Part shown: piece by piece, positions 45,301 through 51,224 of the stretch
Layout of the letters: every line of letters begins with the position of its first letter
Position numbering within the stretch: the first letter of the stretch is position 1
NCBI GenBank assembly: GCA_964565425.1
Contig: CAZMEZ010000002.1
Coordinates: 13,953 to 77,952 of the forward strand
Direction: 5' to 3'
DNA length: 64,000 bases
DNA from: an uncultured Planctomycetia bacterium
GTDB lineage: Bacteria > Omnitrophota > Gorgyraeia > Tantalellales > Tantalellaceae
The notes under the pieces: model-generated
What the model saw: the letters and a program-made list of their open reading frames with translations, nothing else
Database searches by the model: none
What the model was told of the DNA's origin: nothing
Made by a program: the position numbers and the translations under genes

Positions 45301-48300
45301 TCTATCTCATGACGCATTTCGCCGAATTCGGGGACGCCATAAGGGAAACGGACAATCCGGTATTCGGTGTAATGGATTTCCTGCACAGCGCGGGAGACGA
45401 GAACTTCTATTATTTCCTGAGGAGGATATCCGCGTACACTTTCCGGGACCATTCCGGACAGGTCAATGTCGGGCCGAACCATCCGCTGAGATGCCGCACG
45501 AGGTGCGGCACCTACGGTCCGGACCTAGAGGGGGTCATAAGGGATTCCATACACAATAACCTCGGCGTTTACGTGCTGGGCCTCCTGGAAAGGTACCTGG
45601 AATTCTGCGAGACGGGCGATCACGGGATACTCGCCGACGAGAACTACCCGGTGGATGTCTTCAAGAACGACGAATTCCCGTCCCGGGACGCGGTCTTCCC
45701 GGAAGACACCGTTAAACTGTACGCGGTCCCCGAACCGGAGGATACGTATCCATCGAACAACAGGGGCATTATCAGAGAGATATTCGCCCAGCTGGAAGGC
45801 GACCTCGGGCGCCGAATAGGAGCCAGAGGGGAAACAAAGTGGGAAAAACTGAGGAACATTACCGACGAGCAGCTGCAGCTTGTATACGATGCCGTTAACG
45901 CGAAACTGGGGACCAGCATGCAGGCGCAATATTCGGGTTATTCCTTTTCAGGATACATATACGCTTATCGCGAGCTTTCCAGAAGGTACAAGAGAGTGGC
46001 CAGCATAGATACTCTCACCGGCAATCTCTTCGGCGTGGCCGCAAGACACAGGATCGCCAATGAAGCCATAGCCGGCCAGCGCTGGGCCGAAGACGACCAC
46101 CCGGTTTACGAGGCGATAAGAGGCAGCGATCCGATCGCGGCCCTGAAAACGATAACGGGATCGAAAAAGAAGATACGCGACAAGGTTTTCAGCGGGACAC
46201 TGGCGTACGACCGGTACGAGGTCATGGAACAGTTCGAACAGGAATGGGGCAGGGATGACGTGGGCAACGCTTACGGGGGCGCCTGGGTAAGGGACGATCT
46301 CGTAGGTTTATACATGGCTGATAATGTCCTCACCATGGTGCAGAACATGCACATAGAGAACATATCGAAGGAATTCATGGAAATAGACGGGTCGAATGTC
46401 GTAAAGGCCCTGGAATATCTCAGTGTGCTGGCCGAATTGAGTTACACGGAGGGCCTTATCTCCAGGTCCTTCAAGGACCATATCGTCACGCTGCTGGACC
46501 AGAAGGGCCTCGATGTTTCGGTGGCCAGGGACGTCATAAATTTCATGCAGCAGGAATTCGTCGAGATAAGGAATTATATCGTCCAGAACGCCGAGAACTA
46601 TATACACGCCATGCTCGATGCCGAGGGAATATACGGTAAAAAGAGAGAGGAAGAATTCGATAGGAGGCTAAACGGCATTTTGAACAGCGACAGGGTGTTC
46701 CGTTCCGCCAGGGCGCTTATAACCAGGCTCGGCAAGTACGCCGAAACGCGGGAAGGAACGTTCATGGAAGCGGCTACCGCCGAACCGTTCGAAGAAGAGC
46801 CCAAACTCTTCGGGGGTACGGTCCCGGCGGAGACCGTAGAAAAAACCGTTTCGGCCGGAAGGTATAAACTTTCGGCTAAAGGGCTTGAGCTGGCCAGGAC
46901 GTCTCTGGAAGGCATCCCCATACCCGAAGGTGTGATAATCCCGGCGACGGTATCCGATAAAGATACGGGCGGACTTGCCGAAAAAGGCCTGAAGACGCTG
47001 CAGGATCACCTGGACGGGGTCGAAGGCCTGAGGGGCATGAAGTTCGGTTCCGCCGAAAACCCCCTTGTGGTTTCGGTGAGGTCGGGAGCCTACATAGTGA
47101 TGCCCGGACAGATGCCCACGATAGCGAATGTCGGACTTTGCCGTGACACCATGGACGGGTTCACCGCCCGGCTGGTAAAACGCGGCGTGGATCCCCGTGA
47201 CGCGCGGTGGACGGCATGGGATTCGTATTCAAGGTTCCTGCAGAGTTACGCCGTTTCCGTTCTCGGCATAAGCGAGCAGCATTTTGACGCCCGCAGGGAA
47301 AAAATGCTGGAGGACGGGGGTGTGACCGATGTGCGTGAACTTCCGCTTGATAAGATGAAGAGCATGGCCGGCGGGTTCGAAAGGATCATTACCGACATAG
47401 CCGGTGAAGATAAACTGCCGGTGACCGCCGGGGAGCAGTTCAAGTATTGCGTGGAAGCCGTCAAAAAATCGTGGGCCGAATCGATCGATTACCGCGATAA
47501 CGTGGGGATAAAAGGCAAATGGCCGGGAACGGCAGTGATAATACAGCGCATGGTCTTCGGCAACATAAACAAGGATTCGGGCGCGGGCGTCATAAACTCG
47601 CGCATGGTGAACGTGCGAAAACTGGGCCTGGAGGGCGATTTCCTGTGGTTCGGACAGGGGGACGATATCGCGCAGCACAGGGCCGAGGACCTGGTCCAGA
47701 TACAGGATGTCCCGGATGATACGCCATGGAAGAAAGACCTTGAGAAATACGCCGAACTTATCGAAACGTCCCTGGGGACACTGGCCGAGATAGAATTCAC
47801 CGTGGAGCTGGGCAAGGTATACATACTCCAGGTCAGGGACGCTTATGTCGATATAAGGGCTTCGGATTACCTGTTCATTCCTTCAGAAGGAGATCTCCTG
47901 GCCCGCCGGCAGCGGGTCATACCGGCTTCCGGCGGAGCTTACAGGGGTATGGTATATATTCTCCACGGACGCGCGCCCGATATGAGAGAGATAGACCGCA
48001 TGTATAAAAGATCCAGGAAAGCCGGCGGCGACGGCGTGATAATAGTGGCGGACGACCTCGGCCCGGAACAGCTCGGTAAGCTTATAGTCAGGGACGAGGA
48101 AGGGCGCCTTAAGATAGGCGGTCTGATAACGAGGCGCGGAGGGAAACTTTCGCACGCCGGCGATATAGCCAGGAACCATCGCATGGCCGCGATAGCCAAC
48201 GTCAAGGATATAAAGTTCCCGAAGCATGTCAGGAAGAAAAGGAGTTTTATTATAAACGACAGGCGTGTCCAGGAAGGCGAAATGCTTTCCATTTCCGGGA

Positions 48301-51002
48301 CCACGGGGATCGTATACCAGGGGCTTTTGCCGCTTACGGTCCATGAATTCATCGAAGGAGATATACAGCCGACGGTCTCTTACAGCTATTTCGTCGAACA
48401 TCTCAAGCGCCGCGGGCAGGTGCTTACCGTGATAAACCAGGTGCTGGATGCCATCCAGGAGAGGAAGGATGCCAACCTGCTGGTGTATCTTAGGACGATC
48501 GCCGACGTGCACAGGGAGATGCTCGAGAAAAAGGCGCCGTATGTATTCGCCGTTATCAACGCGGTGCTTGAAAGCGGTTCCATACGCGTCGAACATCTAA
48601 GGGAAAAGGTCAAAGCCGCCCTTGAGCAGAAAGGCGGCGAAACGGCCGCCGGCGCCGTTACCAGGGAGATGGAAGATACCATAAGCCGGGCCTTGACCGG
48701 CAAAGAATTCCTGGAAGAGTTCGGCCTTTCACCGGGGGATATCACGGATGTTGCTTTCATGGGGGAAAGCGCGGAAAGTTTAAAGGGAAGGATGGCCGTT
48801 AACCTTGATATAACGGTGAGGAAAGACACGGGCAAGACGGAGATCGTGCCGCTGCGTGTAGCGCTTTACAAGGTGGGATATGACCTGGATCCGGACCTTT
48901 TGGCCACGAACGAGACGATCGCCTCACGCCTTATCGATTACCTGGAGGAAGGGATCATAGGCGGACACGAAGAAATGCTTTATGAGGCGGGCATGCCGCC
49001 CTATATCATACAGGACGCTTATAACGAAGCCGGGGGCGACAGGGAGGAAGCCGTTGCGGTATTATCGGCAAAGCTTGCCGGACTCGGCCTGAAATACGAC
49101 GATATGGAACGCGTCGTCGCCAGGATCGCGGCGTTCAACATGGCGGATATGTACCGTCTCCACAAGGCGCTGGACAACGGGTTTACCAGGGACAGGATGG
49201 TGTTCATGGTCCTGCCCGCGGAAGGCCGGTACGAGGCGATCAAGATACGCGCCAGGAAGGCTATGCCGACGGTCAACGACGTGCTGGTGCGCAAGTATTT
49301 AGCCGGACGCAAGGTCCAGGCCGGGCAGCTGGTCGATGTCAGAAAACAGGTCGTAAAGATCCTCCTGCGGGTATACGACAGCAGGCTGGATGTATACGAT
49401 ACGCTGGCAAGAGCGTTCGATCTGAAGGATCGCCACGCGCACATGACGTTCAATGAGATGCGCGATCAGCTGGCAAGGATAAACGCCAGCGACCTGGACG
49501 CGGAGAAAGAAGAGCTTTTACGAGGTCTTCTCGGTATCGAAGGCCGTTCGCGTCTTCCGGAGAGGGTGCGGGAACAATTTACGAAACTGGGGCTTTTGAA
49601 AAGGTTCCCGATGGATATCAAGGATTACGATCTCGTGGCGCGTCCGATGAAGGACGGCAAGATCAAAGTCGAGGTCGTAAGCTGGGGCTCTTTCATACGC
49701 AAGGCGGACGAGAACGAGGTGATAAGGTACCTGCACGAGGAGATGCAGATACCTTACGCCACTGTCTTTAAAGGGATGACCGAGCTTTACGGGTACGACA
49801 AGACGCTGGATTTTGTCAGGATGGCGCATCTCCACGAGCCGGCCGGGACGCACCTGGCCAGGGTATTCATGCTGAAGATGACCGAAATGACATCCGTCTC
49901 GAGTATAACGGTCGGCATTCCCCGCGACCAGTTCGACAGGCTGGACGCGGAAGAAATCGAGAAACTCGACAGGTCTTCCATCCTGCGTGTCGCGATACTT
50001 GAGGCCGGCGACAGGGAAGGAATGCTCGAAGAGCTTGAAGGCGTCCGCAAAAGATACGGTTCGGCGGCGTCGATACTGGTCGACGCGGATTCGGGTATAG
50101 AACCCGGGCATATGGCATCGATGATATTGTCCTTTGCCAGGGACATAAAGAACAAGGTGTTCATGCTCGCGCATCCCGAGATAGCAGCACTTACGCCGGA
50201 AACCGTTTCCAGGATAGACGATCTGGCGGCGTTGCTGAGGGAAATAACCGACAAATACCTTGATGTCCTGGAACCGCTTGAGCTGTCCTCGATGAGCATA
50301 TACAGGATGAGGGTGGAGAATTCCTACTGGGGAATGAAAAGCGCCCAGAGGATGGATTACGGGATCGCCGCGCTTGACGACGAAAAACGGCACTATCTCG
50401 TGCATTATGCCGACGGAAGCGGGTTGCTGGATGCGGAGAGGGCCATAGTTCCGGCGGGGCTCGAGATCGCCAGGAGGCGCAAGAGCATGAAAGTCAACGC
50501 GGAAACCGATAACCAGAGAGATATGTTCATGATAATGGCGCCCGGGAACGTAACCACCGACGCGGAGAAAGAGGAGTTCAGGAAGAAGGTCATGGAGCTC
50601 TGGATGCTCGGGGGTGTGGTCGCCGAGGAGAATATCGTGATACTCGACAGGAAAGACGAGGGATATTCCAACAGTGAGATCTTTGGCCGCGTAAAAGCCG
50701 CGGTTTCGGGGGCGGATACGGCTAACACCGGTATCAGGGTGATAGCGGGGGACCTGAAATATGAGGACGAACAGCTTCTGCAGGTGAACCTGGCGCCCGA
50801 AGCGAAGAGCAATTTCAACCAGTATGAGGTGTTCGTGAACCTGCTCCTTACGGGCAAGTCCGGTAAGCTGGACGGCATTGCCGAAATCAAAGTTGTGGAG
50901 GGCAGGCTCTATATCTACCTGCCGCAGGCAAGGCCTGTGGACTTCGAGGAAGAGGTCCGGAACTACTACGAGAAATACAGGGAAGTGCTTATAAGAGCGT
51001 AA
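33324..51002 (+). CDS. Giant multidomain protein ORF2 (5,892 aa): signal peptide, TraB/TIKI-like N-domain, SAM methyltransferase, zincin, HD x2, NDK-like, lysozyme-like, JAB/MPN, CPBP-like x2, winged helix, PPDK-like dikinase and conserved C-domain
   Basis: Long uninterrupted ORF with its own promoter and a G-rich RBS-like sequence. The N-terminus MLRGSKLFKIISIIVLVIFVHEQVGWT looks like a signal peptide. Motifs are listed as sub-features and findings. Confidence 0.95.
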   Translation: MLRGSKLFKIISIIVLVIFVHEQVGWTQDGRPVWTAFRASSEITPRDLPRGINIPHDIGDVSETVMNGSGEVVINIQDAHASLSSQYSIVNILDNLVSNYDVRLIALEGAEGVVDTSLLRTFPDKRVRKETAEFLMKEGRMSAGEFFDATRDENDVVLCGVEDDALYNRNVESFRGIMDRRAAYSEEVDKLLAQLDALSAKVFSPGLKTLEEKSRLHREGRMSFSDYWENVRPVAEKEGVSFEGLANTGKLLRAIALEKDINFARANLERKQLIDALSEDMDRTDIEDLVLKSLLFKENRISQADYHAHLSRLAASYGVGMEGYGNLMAFTEYVTLYESIDIMALFSEFSALEERIREALYRNGDERELHGWIRLVRMVGNLYNVELSNDDCAYIMSRRKDCDGAGCAGFIKRACLKYGVPIEGGYDAGHVFSGVDEALGFYEVAESRNNALLANTLKRMKAEGKHVAALITGGYHTRGLTELMRKNKLSYLVVVPRFEKDKERPYIAILTNKKKPYQELLESGKYQLAVRAYFDGMDEDKFIETAIYALSNVVTGGGDWRYEAERWFREYSREYERRKGISEKRIEGSLSPGEFARILGVGDYAGQGQLRIETWENTVVVARIKDDQVSYFRLDRGEGGVLESPRVLSPSQGRKILAALDRAKAEIEEERTAGRAVDLEKKMEGLARAIREASEKKDVTLAEKLMEDNGLLYRVVDRFVHADEVKPEDVVKKLKADPGVSLAKNWRADEENRQAVAVFVNRVIAAREGVRAIIDKLTSDRDLAETIALYFVALKKEITPEGVATALQYKLNDHLMRERERIPSLEDAIARFTETVKKVYGPVEEARDRFSRWRIADKGRYSGTVSNLELALGDIACAGGKDLEEYVERFNGTEERPVRALELGSGLFCPISGYLTGSIEQDMFVKHEGGFRNMEVAALDPRQDTDEELGLYRGNALKMDMFADGEFDYIFAFQVFNVECFTQYFPVNVKFWEENFPKEMLSEGKYYRKIAKELFRVMKPGGEIYMNVGLAEPNLLLNRVLREEGFECEYSDNRGTNWVFTKPSGKETPLERRRELTRRAITRVAGFLGRKIAVLEKYFAELPREGDLDEEQAEAAEMLLDACWDIVKGVRQDDLYVPYSPGLQRLLGWGSPGHIYDIPGNMISLTAYLQNIVHGKTGEIAPNVYAAMAGEISNLKYALNALKGTRSEDIYFFKPAGYDKEFVNIRNWEKSPPLHSKEWVAYLFATGREDLLKRVEFNEEAKKAFDKYVLSANVFSDMVRSGGLEPAEGEEEMFERVKGFLAETDPRRIEETGNFARVRIARRLSEERGTGIMPFAGPSWKKTPLYAAAAGAVLSLVSVLAFDANVAGAIAAGFAALTGLYALGFWIWKDLILGRVKSGKLQSAFYGRGGNETIYAPDKVVRERVAVLFNELSRSLAGGRASKGSRALAGTRIDVEKGPAEAVLVDENSPKEVKEAIGDDYAAFDKGKNTLYVLGTLARAPDWVLATVLAHEAAHHFTKSELRANLFTALNFRKAVRTARGLSYTPEDYRMYSLSRVPDVKADALRKSRLAVLLAERMKKEGYPVTDDDIALVGRVFLVHAVGGERYPGITLKILGDANADITDEAKQLVRFRHSYAAFTDHLARAGEEEISVDVLGRVNELLPMIRLVDVFDDGQNKLKREKPGKQPENFIEALNSLEETFAEEGITARGALNVFRNMMGEEDRRILNIAAEARRSNDILVSDHVLMDTMTGGERLLKMRGGLDRDRGEGEYAVMTFRMGLPEDLRRQIKHYLENNGFDVVSAGMTSRHIGMDEVLRRWGTAGEIRETLDRIEADGVNILEGMINLVAGDGAGFEKWVRKIEQEHPETGSVKMLRFYMNAFDRGIETVIIRARVPRERLIEEFNAPAKAAGMKFQDFFRQFVAGHEDAFKAKAGTLRAEFMEPELRPSGKLAGIYRMGEKLIPREKTGLANGIDCPAYSELPGNLKEYIEVPFRAPIISSVLANGISGGLLLAAYVFFKGPVLKGISFISKAFFAAVIITLFAVYSPSRLRAQETTADKGKDRTSATDKGDKPGKKETDGGEGDGKKTDEKIKKAAAEELPLRDRKKQREVPAGTLVKAGDLIDVILDFTDAERAPEYRGNVKFLLLMTMMVESDQFAARRQYNGGPARGLAQFEPPTAADVRDYIKRKSANKKFIEAVKGVLEIGWEDNIAAMSGGDILAAINERMTGLDERIKAAQKENDGKKAVGISREKIDLEKAVEGALGRDWQEELAALAGETALERIRARLAQLEREIEAAKEKDDRKTASEKAEEKTVLEREMERIFRISWEDNLLAMSLEDIRKKIDARVAALTEEITAAEKAGDRKKAGEKKKERAALQSIPATRGFKTFIRNYRFRIMMVKTLGADWSAVCTMSGDELGRRLVASDFFTALMSRINYARRPQLVPSRKDRKAVWRYYLDTWRPGKPVSLEKFLQLAAIVDKSGVIAGKKEEAKPAAGVPGEKKEAGKEAVTEAGHVPGKKPAAEEIKIAEPTAPVAPPEEALEAAEKPAKEVPVPEVGANIFIRLLAVFGGVLAVIAGFFLGRWAGRPPLAKLKRFAKRAKPRKVLEIDLGKDLLQDKEMMKVLARSGHEISIGRIPNTYRYIFQKWEEDVASGVFVKSLGREYPDYRFEGHTHSPARTQLEWNRINIPSYTDLMFGISGQWSYIISEKGLTWFRADRGLLEVFREQYDAFIRKVETGDMTPGEVVTAMRERFEVDVEFEEMDLSSGVARGPAAAMPLKELIAPDVPFDDYAVKLAPVAEEILFFAVPMALAYLALGITSIWTLAFMAAMRGAFFMLHPEKRDIMTMSVTDMVSLIDPSYGELRKHVYADWKFVRALAKGMGIREDSEEMKMLRVISMVHDMGGVLGLKHDEDIEKELIVKAALHGIDHRGMDPNDVEAELLRKGVKLTKEEKRFLPNIDHPANSLRMLDKMGIAVPPIVRGIVLRHMDAPSEEELRTWTEQERRLFACFVIADVFETGNNYYKQAGGYYKHEGKFESIEDTLAFIKSKRFDNRPSISRYIEAAENVLSSEAMAEAIRFSRTPLSGTEFAKKIMPRGPPASRIVPFSVAAMGAVIPAIPVMFPAIAAAPGLFILAGSICVVMFHSFGNIIAVIKGVMPAAIKKKKRSEDLEWIDLYAAKLQAEGSPGFVHGAVNSEEDIRTITTISGTPVDEVNRRAQPGNYSMSGFAEDFIEQLVSDNGLVRGLGTNHKKLADLLKRAAGKIKDGGEATFKHKGMRFGIRRIPTKGSQNSIFADYGWSCSYRLRNLDQGTSILFAPNSVAEIERLGFYEAGTINGKENKYAVDPELLWRMFNDVGYRVSEKTEEEALRDQAEAIKEKEGWDSIEVYEVDELRAEYPYIVREAPAVSRGKVPFYAEMEEGYYGEPPVRFAYEVRKKGPWTAVVRVEIYERDAVEEDTGMRASFYRHSLHLFRGREDLFLDESYSLDSLGEKYGTNIAEILQKSGFPFRIDIGPGEKWFYDEMMKKDVGTLMRLGVLCSLRSGLYTDTLRDSMKIKLTRDMSDSRGLLFRYYIVPVENDGTMEFVALERQRDLIFRALSEKTGGMPTAPGTIFLLKELIAQRMSFAEYAAKVAPWVEEAVFLALPMIISHFAFGLASFWTVVFMALSRAVFFFLHEGARPHAPPALWETPLKVAITGFLVSLMPVAIFSALTSSFNLYPLTFILAATFLSGLIHLRENIAALKKGVMPAAIPAGEEAPDPWRDLTPDAREMFTNIASKEFFLKDAERGELTAERYQRDHDEEDPERILALFEELAGKGYFGITKSDDGKTRYGLSEKGGSMVPLAVEDMIKVWITGMKENDLAWRRDHIRDPGFGSMFRTAPAYKQPDPGRMTLFGKYSDEVLDVIMEQVKEEVKLYETGRGNDTALSAPLGVMEGLLEKCGDMRRTDLVEKIVEYLMMAPYSENGRVRAAFQTFYMHIVAIDPERARTFLFYLMTHFAEFGDAIRETDNPVFGVMDFLHSAGDENFYYFLRRISAYTFRDHSGQVNVGPNHPLRCRTRCGTYGPDLEGVIRDSIHNNLGVYVLGLLERYLEFCETGDHGILADENYPVDVFKNDEFPSRDAVFPEDTVKLYAVPEPEDTYPSNNRGIIREIFAQLEGDLGRRIGARGETKWEKLRNITDEQLQLVYDAVNAKLGTSMQAQYSGYSFSGYIYAYRELSRRYKRVASIDTLTGNLFGVAARHRIANEAIAGQRWAEDDHPVYEAIRGSDPIAALKTITGSKKKIRDKVFSGTLAYDRYEVMEQFEQEWGRDDVGNAYGGAWVRDDLVGLYMADNVLTMVQNMHIENISKEFMEIDGSNVVKALEYLSVLAELSYTEGLISRSFKDHIVTLLDQKGLDVSVARDVINFMQQEFVEIRNYIVQNAENYIHAMLDAEGIYGKKREEEFDRRLNGILNSDRVFRSARALITRLGKYAETREGTFMEAATAEPFEEEPKLFGGTVPAETVEKTVSAGRYKLSAKGLELARTSLEGIPIPEGVIIPATVSDKDTGGLAEKGLKTLQDHLDGVEGLRGMKFGSAENPLVVSVRSGAYIVMPGQMPTIANVGLCRDTMDGFTARLVKRGVDPRDARWTAWDSYSRFLQSYAVSVLGISEQHFDARREKMLEDGGVTDVRELPLDKMKSMAGGFERIITDIAGEDKLPVTAGEQFKYCVEAVKKSWAESIDYRDNVGIKGKWPGTAVIIQRMVFGNINKDSGAGVINSRMVNVRKLGLEGDFLWFGQGDDIAQHRAEDLVQIQDVPDDTPWKKDLEKYAELIETSLGTLAEIEFTVELGKVYILQVRDAYVDIRASDYLFIPSEGDLLARRQRVIPASGGAYRGMVYILHGRAPDMREIDRMYKRSRKAGGDGVIIVADDLGPEQLGKLIVRDEEGRLKIGGLITRRGGKLSHAGDIARNHRMAAIANVKDIKFPKHVRKKRSFIINDRRVQEGEMLSISGTTGIVYQGLLPLTVHEFIEGDIQPTVSYSYFVEHLKRRGQVLTVINQVLDAIQERKDANLLVYLRTIADVHREMLEKKAPYVFAVINAVLESGSIRVEHLREKVKAALEQKGGETAAGAVTREMEDTISRALTGKEFLEEFGLSPGDITDVAFMGESAESLKGRMAVNLDITVRKDTGKTEIVPLRVALYKVGYDLDPDLLATNETIASRLIDYLEEGIIGGHEEMLYEAGMPPYIIQDAYNEAGGDREEAVAVLSAKLAGLGLKYDDMERVVARIAAFNMADMYRLHKALDNGFTRDRMVFMVLPAEGRYEAIKIRARKAMPTVNDVLVRKYLAGRKVQAGQLVDVRKQVVKILLRVYDSRLDVYDTLARAFDLKDRHAHMTFNEMRDQLARINASDLDAEKEELLRGLLGIEGRSRLPERVREQFTKLGLLKRFPMDIKDYDLVARPMKDGKIKVEVVSWGSFIRKADENEVIRYLHEEMQIPYATVFKGMTELYGYDKTLDFVRMAHLHEPAGTHLARVFMLKMTEMTSVSSITVGIPRDQFDRLDAEEIEKLDRSSILRVAILEAGDREGMLEELEGVRKRYGSAASILVDADSGIEPGHMASMILSFARDIKNKVFMLAHPEIAALTPETVSRIDDLAALLREITDKYLDVLEPLELSSMSIYRMRVENSYWGMKSAQRMDYGIAALDDEKRHYLVHYADGSGLLDAERAIVPAGLEIARRRKSMKVNAETDNQRDMFMIMAPGNVTTDAEKEEFRKKVMELWMLGGVVAEENIVILDRKDEGYSNSEIFGRVKAAVSGADTANTGIRVIAGDLKYEDEQLLQVNLAPEAKSNFNQYEVFVNLLLTGKSGKLDGIAEIKVVEGRLYIYLPQARPVDFEEEVRNYYEKYREVLIRA
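36005..36510 (+). other. Class I SAM-dependent methyltransferase domain in ORF2
   Basis: VRALELGSG, AALD, GNALKMDMFADGEFDYIF, ELFRVMKPGG. Confidence 0.85.
39740..40765 (+). other. Lysozyme/transglycosylase-like domain in ORF2, split by three 61-aa helical repeats
   Basis: LLLMTMMVES...RQYNGGPARGLAQFEPPT, and a C-terminal half LMSRINYAR.P..VP....WRYYLDTWRPGKP. The repeat Trp codons sit at 39945, 40128 and 40311 (183-nt period). Confidence 0.7.
41200..41480 (+). other. JAB/MPN (JAMM) metallo-isopeptidase-like domain in ORF2
   Basis: HE...HTHS...PSYTD pattern (E, HxH, PSxxD), then WSYIISEKG. Confidence 0.7.
41900..42580 (+). other. HD-superfamily phosphohydrolase domain in ORF2
   Basis: KHV...VHDMG...DHPANS...IVLRH...IADVFE. 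Confidence 0.8.
46860..48330 (+). other. PPDK-like ATP-grasp plus phospho-His swivel domain in ORF2, without the pyruvate-binding barrel
   Basis: PLVVSVRSGA..MPG.M.TI.NVG, AWDSY.RF, GTAVIIQRMVFGN, EIEFTVE.G..YILQ.R, PASGGA..G, GGKLSHA (His at 48153). Confidence 0.9.
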
Positions 51003-51013
51003 GTTAGAGAAAC

Positions 51014-51048
51014 AGCATGCAGCGTGCAGCGTGCAGCGGACGGCGGAC
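51014..51048. repeat. Degenerate heptamer tandem repeat after the ORF2 stop
   Basis: agcatgc agcgtgc agcgtgc agcggac ggcggac. Confidence 0.7.
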
Positions 51049-51087
51049 AGGGTTTGTTAAGGTATAAAATAGTTGGAAAGGGGCATG

Positions 51088-51116
51088 TTGACATATAGCC
51101 CTATTTGCGATATACT
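51088..51116 (+). promoter_or_regulatory. Sigma70-type promoter for ORF3
   Basis: TTGACA-17 nt-TATACT. Confidence 0.8.
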
Positions 51117-51224
51117 TAAGTATGAATTGTTAGCGTGTAAAAAGTAAGTTTTACGCAGGGCACGTGGAGTGTGTCTTGTGTATATAATAATAAGAACAAA
51201 TTTGGAGAGAGAAGGAGAAAAATC

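Noticed and set aside
51171-51224. GTG start for ORF3 given by the ORF track
   Set aside because: ATG 51225 has the RBS and yields a clean signal peptide.
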